Source of the DNA: an uncultured Desulfatitalea sp.
GTDB taxonomy: Bacteria; Desulfobacterota; Desulfobacteria; Desulfobacterales; Desulfosarcinaceae
DNA: 64,000 bases
Direction of reading: 5' to 3'
Assembly: GCA_963668675.2 (NCBI GenBank)
Contig: CAXXMB010000002.1
Location: forward strand, 1,888,001 to 1,952,000
The translations under genes and the position numbers were made by a program. Under the pieces are notes generated by a model. It was not told the DNA's origin and did no database searches. It was given only the letters and a program-made list of their open reading frames with translations. Below, piece by piece: positions 9,904 through 19,606 of the stretch (position 1 is its first letter; the number at the start of each line of letters is the position of its first letter).

Positions 9904-11064
9904 ATGAAATTGAATACGTGGATAAGTCTCACCCTGGGGTTGCTTCTGATCATTATGGCTGGACCGGTTTTGGCAAAGGACAAGGTGCAGGTGGCCTTCA
10001 TCGGCCCTCTTACCGGGGGTGTTTCCGCCATTGGTGTAGGGGGAAGGAATTCGGCTGACCTCGCGGTAAAGCTGAGAAACGCGGATCCCAAAGCCAAATA
10101 CCACTACGAGTTGATGGTCCTTGATGATGAGTGCAAATCGAACTCAGGCGTGCAGGTGGCCACCAAGGCGGCCGCAAATAAAAGGATCATTGCAGCGGCG
10201 GCCCATTATTGTTCCGTGGTGGCATTGGCATCCGCAGATGTCTACCACAAGTTCGGCCTGCCCATTGTGGTTTGGGGAGCGGTTCATCCTGATATCACTT
10301 ACGGAAATAACTACAAAGAGGTCCATCGAATCAACGGCACCATGATCAACCAGAATGAAATTGCCGCCAAATTCATCACTGACCTGGGATACAAGACGTG
10401 GGTGAATCTCTACGACACAACCGATTACGGCAAGGGTATGAACGAATACTTCTCAAAATACCTCACCGCGAACGGCGGAAAAATCCTCGGCAGTTTCGGC
10501 GTTACCTCCGATCAACAGGACTTTACGGCTGAACTTACCCAGGCCAAGAAACTCAATCCGGACATTATCTGGTTCGGCGGCCTGACGCCATTGGGCGTAA
10601 GGATCCGACTGCAGATGGAGAAACTGGGCCTCACAAGCCAGTTTCAGAGTTGCTCAGGAATCATTTCCGATGCCTTTATCACCGGAACGGGTGAACTTGC
10701 GGAAGGGACCATCGCCTTCAGGGAAGGGGAGCCCGTTGAGAATCTACCCGGAGGCAAGTGGTTTCTGGAAGAATACAACAAGGAGGGGTACAAGGAAGCA
10801 CCGGATGCATTCGGCCCATTTTCCTTTGCTGCCATGAACCTGATTCTGGATGTCATTGAAGAGGTCGGCCCCAGCCGAAAGGCGGTGGTAAAGCGAATGG
10901 AAAACATCAAGGGGTATGAATCCATTGTCGGCTCCGTCACCTTTGACGAACATGGTCAGAACACCTCGCCGGCCATTACCAAGTATATTGTGCAAGACGG
11001 CAAGTGGGTGCCGTGGCAAAATTCCGAATACGCTTCCGGCAAGCGCGAACTGAAAAGACGCTAA
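9904..11064 (+). CDS. Branched-chain amino acid-type ABC transporter substrate-binding protein (LivK/LivJ family)
   Basis: Signal peptide, FIGPLTGG, DDECK, HYCS, DYGKG, QDFTAELT, GSVTFDEHG. Confidence 0.9.
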   Translation: MKLNTWISLTLGLLLIIMAGPVLAKDKVQVAFIGPLTGGVSAIGVGGRNSADLAVKLRNADPKAKYHYELMVLDDECKSNSGVQVATKAAANKRIIAAAAHYCSVVALASADVYHKFGLPIVVWGAVHPDITYGNNYKEVHRINGTMINQNEIAAKFITDLGYKTWVNLYDTTDYGKGMNEYFSKYLTANGGKILGSFGVTSDQQDFTAELTQAKKLNPDIIWFGGLTPLGVRIRLQMEKLGLTSQFQSCSGIISDAFITGTGELAEGTIAFREGEPVENLPGGKWFLEEYNKEGYKEAPDAFGPFSFAAMNLILDVIEEVGPSRKAVVKRMENIKGYESIVGSVTFDEHGQNTSPAITKYIVQDGKWVPWQNSEYASGKRELKRR

Positions 11065-11069
11065 GCGAA

Positions 11070-11102
11070 AAGGTGGAGCGGCCATAAGGGCCGCTTCACC
11101 TT
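11070..11102 (+). terminator. Intercistronic hairpin after the SBP gene (partial terminator or mRNA stabiliser)
   Basis: aaggtggagcggcc-ataag-ggccgcttcacctt stem-loop. Confidence 0.6.
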
Positions 11103-11240
11103 CCAGTCCCCCGTTTGCGACATTGAGATCATGTTAGCCACCGGCAGTTCATCTGTTTGCCCAAAAGCATGGGCTGCTAACCGACGACTCCGCAACGCAA
11201 CCATTTCGCGGTATTCCGACTGACACATGGACAAATCCCG

Positions 11241-12161
11241 ATGGACATTGGACTGATAGCACAGCATACGGTTAACGGACTTATGCTGGGGTTGATCTAT
11301 TCCCTGGTAGCTGTTGGGTTCACCCTCTTTTTCGGTGTGCTGGACGTCATCAAGTTTTCCCACGGCGATATGCTGACCTGGGGCGTTTTCACGGCGTTTT
11401 CCGTCTACCTCGGCCTGGACCTGATAGGCCTGACCTCCCCATATATCATCCTGGTGATCGTCGCCATAGTTGCAATGGTGACCATCGGCGTATTGGGAGC
11501 GGTCATTGCCAAGGTGTTGATCATTCCTTTGAAAGGTGCGCCGCCGCTCAACACCCTGTTGATCACCCTGATGTTGGGGACCGTGCTGAGGGAGTCTATA
11601 CGCCTGTTCTATCCGGATGGGGCAAACCCCAAACACTTCCCGGCGCTTTTGCCCGACTGGAGCCACTCCTGGGGCCATTTTACAATGCGTTTTGACAATG
11701 CAGCCATGCTCATTAGCGGCATTTTGATGATTATCCTGGTACAGATTATCATCAAGCACACCAAGCTGGGGATGGCCATTCGCGCGGTGAGTCAGGACGA
11801 GGAAACGGCCCGAATCATGGGAATCAACTTCAATATGGTGGTGTATGTCACCTTTGCCATCGGCTCCGGCCTTGCGGCTTTCGCCGGTGTTATCTATGTG
11901 TTGTATTACAATGAATTGAGCTTCAATATGGGGCTGCTCCTGGGGGCCATCGGTTTCAGCGCTGCTGCAGTCGGCGGTTTCGGAAATATATACGGTGCGA
12001 TTGTCGGGGGATTTCTCTTCGCAATGCTGCAGTCCATTGGGGCCGCGGCATTGCCATTTGCCAGTGCATACAAGGATGTCTTTGCCTTCGGCATGGTCAT
12101 CGTCCTGATTGCCATCAAACCGACCGGCATTCTGGGTGAAAAAGAAACGGAAAGAGTTTAA
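11241..12161 (+). CDS. livH: LIV-type ABC permease
   Basis: NGLMLGLIYSLVAVGFTLFFGVL..FSHG, TKLGMAIRAVSQD, GGFGNIYGA. Confidence 0.9.
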   Translation: MDIGLIAQHTVNGLMLGLIYSLVAVGFTLFFGVLDVIKFSHGDMLTWGVFTAFSVYLGLDLIGLTSPYIILVIVAIVAMVTIGVLGAVIAKVLIIPLKGAPPLNTLLITLMLGTVLRESIRLFYPDGANPKHFPALLPDWSHSWGHFTMRFDNAAMLISGILMIILVQIIIKHTKLGMAIRAVSQDEETARIMGINFNMVVYVTFAIGSGLAAFAGVIYVLYYNELSFNMGLLLGAIGFSAAAVGGFGNIYGAIVGGFLFAMLQSIGAAALPFASAYKDVFAFGMVIVLIAIKPTGILGEKETERV

Positions 12162-12165
12162 ATAG

Positions 12166-13335
12166 ATGTCTGAGCCATCAGGAAAACAGTCTTCTCTCCT
12201 CCCCTCTCTTTTTGCTGTTCTGGCGGGAGCTGTGTACATGGTATTTTTCCTGGCGGGCGAATCCCAGATGGTGGTCTTCGGGCTTCTTCTGGGGGCGGGC
12301 CTCGTGATAACGGCGTTCAAGTATCTGGGGTTTCTGCATGCCGTCGGAGAGAGCGCAAGGGACAACCAACGCACTTTCTCGATAGCCGTGGTTGCCGGGG
12401 TAGCAGCGGTGAGCCTCTATTTTTACGATGATGCGTTCGTGCTTTTCCTCGTGGGTACCGTCCTGGTCTATGTCCTTACGTGTCTGGGCCTGAACATACA
12501 ATTCGGGTTTGTGGGCGTAATGAACTTCGCAGGGGCCTCTTTTTTCGGGGTCGGGTGTTATACCGCTGCCGTTTTGACCAAAAACACGGCCGTGCCCCAC
12601 CTGGTGGTTCTCGTGCTGGGCGGGGTGATGGCCGCTCTGCTTGGCTTCGTTATCTTGATACCGGTTCTCAAAACCAGAGGGCATTACGCAGCGCTGGTGA
12701 CCATTGCCTTTGCCCTGCTGTTCAAGACGTTTCTGGAGGTGAACGATACGCTTGGAGGCCCCCAGGGGTTGAAGTGTGCCGGGCTGAACCTGTTCGGATG
12801 GGATTTCAACCAGGATATTGTGATCGGCTCCTTTGAGGGGTCCTTCTACCTGGGGTATATCGCCTTGATCCTGCTACTGACCATTTTGGGATTTATAATG
12901 GCGCGCCGAATGGAGGACTCCTGGGTCGGGCTCAACATGGACGCCGTGCGCCTGGATGAAACGGTGAGCGCCTGTTTCGGACAATCCATTCCACGTTGGA
13001 AAATTACGGCCTTTACCATTGGTAACTTCTATTGCGGGGTGGCGGGAGCCTTTTACGCCACGATGCTCGGGTACATTGCGCCGACCAACTTCACCTTCGG
13101 AGACTCGTTGATCCTTTTGTCCATCGTTATACTGGGCGGGCTGGGCTCCATGTGGGGGACGATTGTCGCAACGGTCATTGTCATCATCATTCCGGAAAAG
13201 TTCCAAGTCCTGCAGGAGTATCGCTTTCTATTGTTTTCCGCCCTGGTGATTGCCATCCTGCTGTTCCGGCCCCAAGGTCTGCTGCCGCGTCCCATGCGCA
13301 GCTACATTACGCTGAAATCACCTCTCGGCAAATAG
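12166..13335 (+). CDS. livM: LIV-type ABC permease
   Basis: LGLNIQFGFVG, LKTRGHYAALVTIAF, GGPQG, ILGGLGS, RPQGL. Confidence 0.9.
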   Translation: MSEPSGKQSSLLPSLFAVLAGAVYMVFFLAGESQMVVFGLLLGAGLVITAFKYLGFLHAVGESARDNQRTFSIAVVAGVAAVSLYFYDDAFVLFLVGTVLVYVLTCLGLNIQFGFVGVMNFAGASFFGVGCYTAAVLTKNTAVPHLVVLVLGGVMAALLGFVILIPVLKTRGHYAALVTIAFALLFKTFLEVNDTLGGPQGLKCAGLNLFGWDFNQDIVIGSFEGSFYLGYIALILLLTILGFIMARRMEDSWVGLNMDAVRLDETVSACFGQSIPRWKITAFTIGNFYCGVAGAFYATMLGYIAPTNFTFGDSLILLSIVILGGLGSMWGTIVATVIVIIIPEKFQVLQEYRFLLFSALVIAILLFRPQGLLPRPMRSYITLKSPLGK

Positions 13336-14130
13336 TTGAAAAAAGGATTCACATTGCAGAAGCCATTGCTGAGTATCTCCAACCTCGGAAAAAAATTCGG
13401 CGGCGTTCAGGCCCTGGATGACCTGAACCTGGATGTGAAGCGGAATCGCATCCTCGGCCTTATCGGGCCCAACGGCTCCGGGAAGACCACTTTTTTCAAT
13501 GTGGTCACCGGCATCTATCCGACGACGTCCGGCAAGGTGCTCTTCGAGGGAGGGGACATCACCAACTTTTCTCCCCAGAAAGTATACCGGGCAGGGGTGG
13601 CGCGCACGTTTCAGAGATCCCGCCTGCTACTGCCTTTGAGCATCATGGATAACATTACCCTGGGAGATCACAGCCAGCTTGAAAACGGCCTCTTTTTCAA
13701 CCTTTTCAGAAGGCGGGCGCTCGCAGTCCAGTACAGAGAAATTCTGGACAAATCGCGAGATCTCATCACCATTTTCGACCCCGATCTGGCGGATCGGATC
13801 TTCGAGCCCGTCGTCAATCTGCCCATGATTTCCCGCCGTCGTATCGAGATCTGCAGGGCCCTGATCTCCAATCCCAAGCTGCTGCTCTTGGATGAGCCGT
13901 CGGCGGGCATGACCCATGAGGAAACCTTCCGCTTGATCGATGATATCCTTCAAATCAAAGAGAGAATAGAGGACCTGACCATCATCATCATTGAACACGA
14001 GATGTCTGTTATGGAACGCATTACCGACCATTGCGCAGTGCTCAATTTCGGCCGGAAAATTTGTGAGGGCACCTACAAGCAAATTGCTTCCGATGCAGAG
14101 GTCCAACAGGCCTATCTGGGGGTGGACTGA
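13336..14130 (+). CDS. livG: LIV-type ABC ATPase
   Basis: GLIGPNGSGKTT, GVARTFQ, LLLLDEPSAG, IIEHEM, AYLG. Confidence 0.9.
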   Translation: MKKGFTLQKPLLSISNLGKKFGGVQALDDLNLDVKRNRILGLIGPNGSGKTTFFNVVTGIYPTTSGKVLFEGGDITNFSPQKVYRAGVARTFQRSRLLLPLSIMDNITLGDHSQLENGLFFNLFRRRALAVQYREILDKSRDLITIFDPDLADRIFEPVVNLPMISRRRIEICRALISNPKLLLLDEPSAGMTHEETFRLIDDILQIKERIEDLTIIIIEHEMSVMERITDHCAVLNFGRKICEGTYKQIASDAEVQQAYLGVD

Positions 14131-14849
14131 TGAAAAAAAGTGCCGCATTGTTGAGTGTGCAGGGGATCTCTACCGCCTATGACCGGGCCGATGTGCTTGA
14201 AAATCTCTCCCTCGAAGTTGAAGAGGGTACGATCACCTGCCTTCTGGGGAACAACGGTTCGGGAAAGACCACGGTCATCCGTTCCATATTAGGGTTGACC
14301 CCTCCCCGGACCGGGCGTATTATTTTCAACGGCGCTGATATCACCAACCTGCCCACCCACAAGATTATCCGTCAGGGTCTTGCCTCAATCCCCGAAGGAC
14401 GCAAGGTCTTCGCTGGTCTTACCGTGGAAGAAAATCTTAGACTGGGGGGATATCAGGAAGATGACAAAGACATATTACTGGCGCGCATGAGAAAAGTCTA
14501 TCAGATTTTTCCCCGTCTCGAGGAGCGTTCAACCCAGCCGGCCGGGACTATGTCGGGGGGTGAACAAGCCATGGTATCCATCGGCCGCGGTCTGATGGGC
14601 GCGCCGAAGCTGTTGATTATCGACGAGCCGTCCCTGGGCCTCTCACCGTTATTGGTGAAGGAGAACTTCCGCATCATTCAGGACATCAGGAAGCAGAACA
14701 TCACGGTTTTTCTGGTAGAGCAGAACGTGCGGCAGACGTTAGCCATTTCGGATTACGGCTACGTGATTTCCAAAGGCAACGTCGTGGCCCATGGAGATGC
14801 CAAATCCCTTCGTGAAGATAGAGAGGTCCAGAAAGCGTATTTCGGATAA
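14130..14849 (+). CDS. livF: LIV-type ABC ATPase
   Basis: GNNGSGKTT, PEGRKVF, MSGGEQAM, DEPSLGL, LVEQN. Confidence 0.9.
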   Translation: MKKSAALLSVQGISTAYDRADVLENLSLEVEEGTITCLLGNNGSGKTTVIRSILGLTPPRTGRIIFNGADITNLPTHKIIRQGLASIPEGRKVFAGLTVEENLRLGGYQEDDKDILLARMRKVYQIFPRLEERSTQPAGTMSGGEQAMVSIGRGLMGAPKLLIIDEPSLGLSPLLVKENFRIIQDIRKQNITVFLVEQNVRQTLAISDYGYVISKGNVVAHGDAKSLREDREVQKAYFG

Positions 14850-14947
14850 AACCATTGAACCTGTCCATGGCCCTTGTTTGCCATGGTTCAACCGCAAGAC
14901 AATACCGCCGACCCGTGACGGTCAAACGCCCGTTGAGGTGCCAGAGC

Positions 14948-16078
14948 ATGATACGTATACCCGATCCTGTCGAACTGACCCAGACCCTTGTGCGCATGGA
15001 TACGATCAATCCGCCCGGAAATGAAGAGCCCGCGGCGCGTTATCTCGGCCATCTTCTGGAAGAGGCCGGACTGCATGTCTCCTACCCTCGATTGGGTGAA
15101 AACAGGACGGGGCTTGTCGCTGTGATTCCCGGGAGCACGTCGCAATTGCCGCTGGTTTTCACCGGGCATCTGGACACCGTCCCCGTGGGCGATGCCCCAT
15201 GGGAGAGCCCACCTCACAGCGCGGAAATTACCAACGGACGCCTTTGGGGAAGAGGTGCCAGCGACATGAAAAGCGGTATCGCGGCCATGACGGTAACGGC
15301 CCTTCACCTGGCCGGAGAACCAAAAGGGCGGGGCGGGGCTCTTTTTGTCTTCACCGCCGGGGAGGAGACCGGATGCGAAGGCGCTTTGCAGATGCAGGAG
15401 AGCGGAGCGCTGCCCGACGCGGCTGGTGCGGTTGTCGTTGCGGAACCCACCGGTAACATACCCCTTCTGGGACACAAAGGCGCTCTCTGGCTGGAATGCA
15501 CGGCCAGGGGTAAATCCGCACATGGCTCCATGCCGGATCTGGGAGATAATGCTATCTACAAGGCTGCGCGTGCCGCAGCCGGCCTCGAGAACTTCTTCTC
15601 CTCGGCCCCGGCCCATCTTCACTTGGGCAAACCCACAGTGAACGTGGGCACCTTCACCGGCGGCTCCAAGATCAACATGGTACCCGATTCCGCACGCTTC
15701 AGAGTCGACCTGCGCAGCGTACCGGGCATGGAGCATGCGCGTCTTCTCGAAGAGATCAAAAAGCACATGGGACCGGATATCGAGGTGGAACGCCTGGTCG
15801 ACCTGCCCGGCATCCTAACGCCAGCCGCCGATCCCTGGATAATCCAGGTTCTGGATATAATAGAGCGGATTCAAGGGAAAAAGCCAGAGCCGGGATATGT
15901 CAATTACTTCACCGATGCTTCTGTTTTGGCGGCCGCGCTGAACAATCCCCCCACCTTGATCATGGGGCCGGGTGAACCTTCCCAGGCGCACCAGACAAAT
16001 GAATACTGCGATATTGAAAAAATCGTCCGGGCAGTGACGTTTTATCGGTCGATCGCGGAAAACTGGTTTGCACACTGA
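14948..16078 (+). CDS. M20 metallopeptidase, ArgE/DapE-like deacylase
   Basis: GHLDTVP, GRGASDMKSG, GEETG, AEPT, GKSAHGSMP, AHQTNE. Start trimmed to ATG 14948. Confidence 0.9.
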   Translation: MIRIPDPVELTQTLVRMDTINPPGNEEPAARYLGHLLEEAGLHVSYPRLGENRTGLVAVIPGSTSQLPLVFTGHLDTVPVGDAPWESPPHSAEITNGRLWGRGASDMKSGIAAMTVTALHLAGEPKGRGGALFVFTAGEETGCEGALQMQESGALPDAAGAVVVAEPTGNIPLLGHKGALWLECTARGKSAHGSMPDLGDNAIYKAARAAAGLENFFSSAPAHLHLGKPTVNVGTFTGGSKINMVPDSARFRVDLRSVPGMEHARLLEEIKKHMGPDIEVERLVDLPGILTPAADPWIIQVLDIIERIQGKKPEPGYVNYFTDASVLAAALNNPPTLIMGPGEPSQAHQTNEYCDIEKIVRAVTFYRSIAENWFAH

Positions 16079-16095
16079 AATGGGTATTAATTTCT

Positions 16096-16255
16096 AAGGG
16101 ACAAGGATCAGATGCTGACCACGATCGACGAAGTGCTCTCTACAAGAGAGAGCGCACGCCTGGGTAATGAACAGGTGCGGGGATTGTAACGCCGTGCTGC
16201 TTTGCACTCGCGAAAAGAAATAGGCAATAGGAGTATTGTAACCCGATTCTCTATG
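16096..16255 (+). repeat. Diverged 160-bp direct repeat of 19461-19620 (3' end of the radical SAM gene plus downstream sequence)
   Basis: aagggacaaggatcagatgctgacca...ttctctatg aligns ungapped with 19461-19620, with scattered substitutions. Confidence 0.9.
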
Positions 16256-16440
16256 GAAGATTAAGTCGCGTCTGTTTTCGTTATCAAACCTTGATACAGC
16301 TACCGAAGCCCCCCTTTTTCAAAGGGGGCGGGAGAGATTTGGCGGGTGCTCAAAACGCTGACAACTCCGAATTGATTTGAATTCTTGTCTGCCTAAATCA
16401 TAATGATCCCGATAAATATCCCGAACGACACTTCAGAGGG

Positions 16441-16926
16441 GTGCTGATGCGAAGAGTGGCATTGTTACTGGTTTTGGTTTCGGTCCTGAGTGCCTGTGCC
16501 GGCGGCGTGCGCCTGAGCCACACCGTGACCTATACCGCCAAGGGAACCCGTTCTGAGGCCCGGCACGGGCATCTGTGGATCGAAGGGCAAGAACTGCCGT
16601 GGGCGTTCCGTCAGGTGGCCTATGACAGGGTGTCCTATACCCTGCATAAGCGCAGCCATCTATGGGGCGATGACGGCTACTGGCCGGATGGGACGGCTTA
16701 CGTGCCCCCATACGCCGAGAGCCCGCTGCCGGCCGAATCACGGTCACGCGGCTACCACCTCGGCATGGAACGCCCTACCGAAACGCCGGTAACATGGCTC
16801 TGGGTGCGCTGGGGTGATGATCGGGCGGCCGTGGTGGCTCCGGGGAGGATCGACAGGTTGATCCGGGAGCAGCAAATTCCTTCAACCCACAGTGGCGATC
16901 CCGGACGGCGCCGCCTGAAACCTTAG
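16441..16926 (+). CDS. Hypothetical lipoprotein
   Basis: MRRVALLLVLVSVLSAC signal peptide with lipobox. Confidence 0.7.
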   Translation: MLMRRVALLLVLVSVLSACAGGVRLSHTVTYTAKGTRSEARHGHLWIEGQELPWAFRQVAYDRVSYTLHKRSHLWGDDGYWPDGTAYVPPYAESPLPAESRSRGYHLGMERPTETPVTWLWVRWGDDRAAVVAPGRIDRLIREQQIPSTHSGDPGRRRLKP

Positions 16927-16931
16927 ATGAA

Positions 16932-18308
16932 TCAGCCGCCGGCGTCGCCCTGCAACCTGGCGAGGATCTCGGTCCGACGGGGATCGGCCTGCCAAGACGC
17001 CCAGCCGAGACGGGTGAAGTAGGTTTGAAAATTGCGATCCAGGTCCATGAGAGGACTGCGATCCACCGCTTTCAACAGGTCGGTGACTTCCCGGACCTGT
17101 TCCTGGATATAGGATCGTTTCTCCAGGTAGTAGCCTTCGAGTGCCTCCAGAGCCCTCTTTTTGCGAAACTGGTCGTTGAGGATGCCGGCATCCTTCTGGC
17201 TCTCTTCATACCAGCCGAGAACCCCCCGGGGCATGTCGGCCAGCGAAGTAACCGTGCTGTAACCCGCAATCCCGGAAACGACGTCCGTGGGAATCGAGTT
17301 GGACCAGCTGATATAGTTTTTGAGAATGGATTTGAACACATTGGCCGAGAGCAGATGGCGCAGATCGTTGAGTTGGTCCTGCACCTGGGCCAGGGCTTCG
17401 ATGACAATGGTGTAGGCCTCGTTCCACTTTCCCAGCATGAATTGCAGCCGTTGGCGTCGAATCACGGCGTCGTCGGAGGGCAGCCCGCGGAGAGCGATGC
17501 GGGTGGCCCCCTTGCCGGATCGAGTGCGGCGCCCCAGATCTTCGATTTCGGCCCGGATGGTATCTGCGCGGCGGCGGGCCAACGGGTAACGACCAGCCAG
17601 CAGATCCTCGCCGGTATCCGTCATGTAACGATCCAAGCGCTCAAGGGCGCTGCGCAGCTTGAAGCTCTCCGCCCCCGAAGCGATGATATATCGGGAGCTG
17701 AACCAGCCCTCTGCAGGCAATGGAATCCAATATTCCAGCACTTGTGGTTTCTGATTCGCTGCCGGTTGATCGATCCACTGAAATGTACCAGGCCCGCCGG
17801 CAGAGCCGGTCGTGTATGTTAGTGACTTGGTGCCGGTGCGTGTGGTGGTGACCCTGGCCTTGATCCGCCCGTCCGGTTGCAGACGGCCTTCGATCACCCC
17901 GTGATAGAATATCCGGCCTATCGGTCCGCCGGGAAACTCTCCGCCATAGCCGCCGGGAGGATCGATTCTTACTGTTTCCGATCGCTGCTCTCCTTTAAGC
18001 ACGCCGTTACGAAAGGTGCCCTCCATCTGTGTCGTGGTGACCACCTGCACGTCACCGCGCCCTGCATTCGATTTCCAAATATTGGTGCGCTTCCAGCCGG
18101 CGCTGACCCGCTCACCGTCGAAATGGTAAACCACCGCACCCTGTCGCAGTTCAGCCTTAGGGTTGGCCTGATGAATGGCCGGAAACACTTCCACCGAAAA
18201 TTTCCGCGGCAGCGACAGACCATCCGCCGCGGTACCGCCGGGGTTGAAACAGAACCATATTGACAGGATGAATAGAAAGATCACTTTCTGTTGTGCGCGC
18301 AACGACAT
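16932..18308 (-). CDS. Hypothetical secreted protein (beta-rich N-terminal half, coiled-coil C-terminal half)
   Basis: 458-aa ORF with GGAGG RBS and N-terminal hydrophobic signal; family not recognised. Confidence 0.7.
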   Translation of the reverse strand: MSLRAQQKVIFLFILSIWFCFNPGGTAADGLSLPRKFSVEVFPAIHQANPKAELRQGAVVYHFDGERVSAGWKRTNIWKSNAGRGDVQVVTTTQMEGTFRNGVLKGEQRSETVRIDPPGGYGGEFPGGPIGRIFYHGVIEGRLQPDGRIKARVTTTRTGTKSLTYTTGSAGGPGTFQWIDQPAANQKPQVLEYWIPLPAEGWFSSRYIIASGAESFKLRSALERLDRYMTDTGEDLLAGRYPLARRRADTIRAEIEDLGRRTRSGKGATRIALRGLPSDDAVIRRQRLQFMLGKWNEAYTIVIEALAQVQDQLNDLRHLLSANVFKSILKNYISWSNSIPTDVVSGIAGYSTVTSLADMPRGVLGWYEESQKDAGILNDQFRKKRALEALEGYYLEKRSYIQEQVREVTDLLKAVDRSPLMDLDRNFQTYFTRLGWASWQADPRRTEILARLQGDAGG

Positions 18309-18675
18309 CGATTACCTCCAGACAGCAATTTTCCGTCGACCGGAATGGTCCGGCGCGAACCCCTGCATTTTCTGCACAATTACAATATCAAATCAAGTGT
18401 TCGGCAGGAGAAGATCTTCATCACTTTCCTGTTGAATCCAAGAAAGGTTATTTGACCGCTGCATATAAGATCTACCTTGGGATTTATGGGTGATGTGGAC
18501 AGCTTGTGCAGTGATTACGATGCAAAACGCATTAAGAGGCACACTGAGGTTAACGAACTGGATTTTCATTTTCTATACTAATGCTTCCTACACCTGAAAT
18601 CATTTGTGCCGCAAATTTTATTCTGATAACGGTAGTCGCTTACTTTTTCCATAATTCGATGGGGTTTATATCACT

Positions 18676-19554
18676 ATGCGCTACGAAGGTAACATTATTC
18701 GACCGTTCAGCGAAGCCAACAGCTACCTGCTCCAATGCACCCTGGGCTGTTCCCATAATCAGTGCACCTTCTGCGGCACTTACAAGGACAAACCCTACCG
18801 TATCCGGCCCATGTCCGAAATCAAAACCGACATCCGCATGGCCTCGGACCATTACGGCGATGTGGAAAAAGTATTTCTGTGCGACGGCGACGCCATTGTC
18901 ATGCCCACAGACATGATACTGGAAATATTGAAGGATCTTTATGCCACGTTTCCCTCCCTGCGCCATGTGGGCACCTATGTGGGGCCGAAAAGCACGCTGG
19001 GCAAAAGCGTCGACGAGCTTAAAACCCTGCGGGCCGCCGGCCTTACCAAAGCCTACCTGGGCGTGGAGACCGGCGATGACCAGCTGCTCAAAGAGGTCAA
19101 AAAGGGGGTCACCGCCCAACAGATGCTCCAGGCCGGGCTGAACCTGAATGAAGCCGATATCAACCTCTCCTCCATGGTCTTGCTGGGCCTGGCCGGCAGA
19201 GGACCGCGCTCGCGCGAACACGCCATCGCTACCGCCGACATCACCAACGCCATGCAGCCCCGCTACCTGGCCGCCATGACCGTCACCCCCATCCCCAAAA
19301 CGCCCCTGTACAATCAGGTGCGCTCGGGCAAGTTCCAACTGCTCGACCCTTTCGAAACCCTTGAAGAGATGAAAACCATGTTCGAACACCTCACCATCGA
19401 CAACCTCAAATTCGTCGGAATCCACGCCTCCAACTATCTGCCCATCAACGGCACCCTGCAAAGGGACAAGGATCAGATGCTGACCATGATCGACGAAGTG
19501 CTCTCTACCAGAGACAGCGGACGCCTGCGTAATGAACAGATGCGGGGGTTGTAG
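18676..19554 (+). CDS. Radical SAM protein
   Basis: MRYEGNIIRPFSEA..LLQCTLGCSHNQCTFC (CxxxCxxC), FLCDGDA, YLGVETG, HASNYL. Confidence 0.9.
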   Translation: MRYEGNIIRPFSEANSYLLQCTLGCSHNQCTFCGTYKDKPYRIRPMSEIKTDIRMASDHYGDVEKVFLCDGDAIVMPTDMILEILKDLYATFPSLRHVGTYVGPKSTLGKSVDELKTLRAAGLTKAYLGVETGDDQLLKEVKKGVTAQQMLQAGLNLNEADINLSSMVLLGLAGRGPRSREHAIATADITNAMQPRYLAAMTVTPIPKTPLYNQVRSGKFQLLDPFETLEEMKTMFEHLTIDNLKFVGIHASNYLPINGTLQRDKDQMLTMIDEVLSTRDSGRLRNEQMRGL

Positions 19555-19606
19555 CCACCTGCTGCTTTGGACTCGCAAGAAGAAATAGACAATAGGAATA
19601 TTATAA

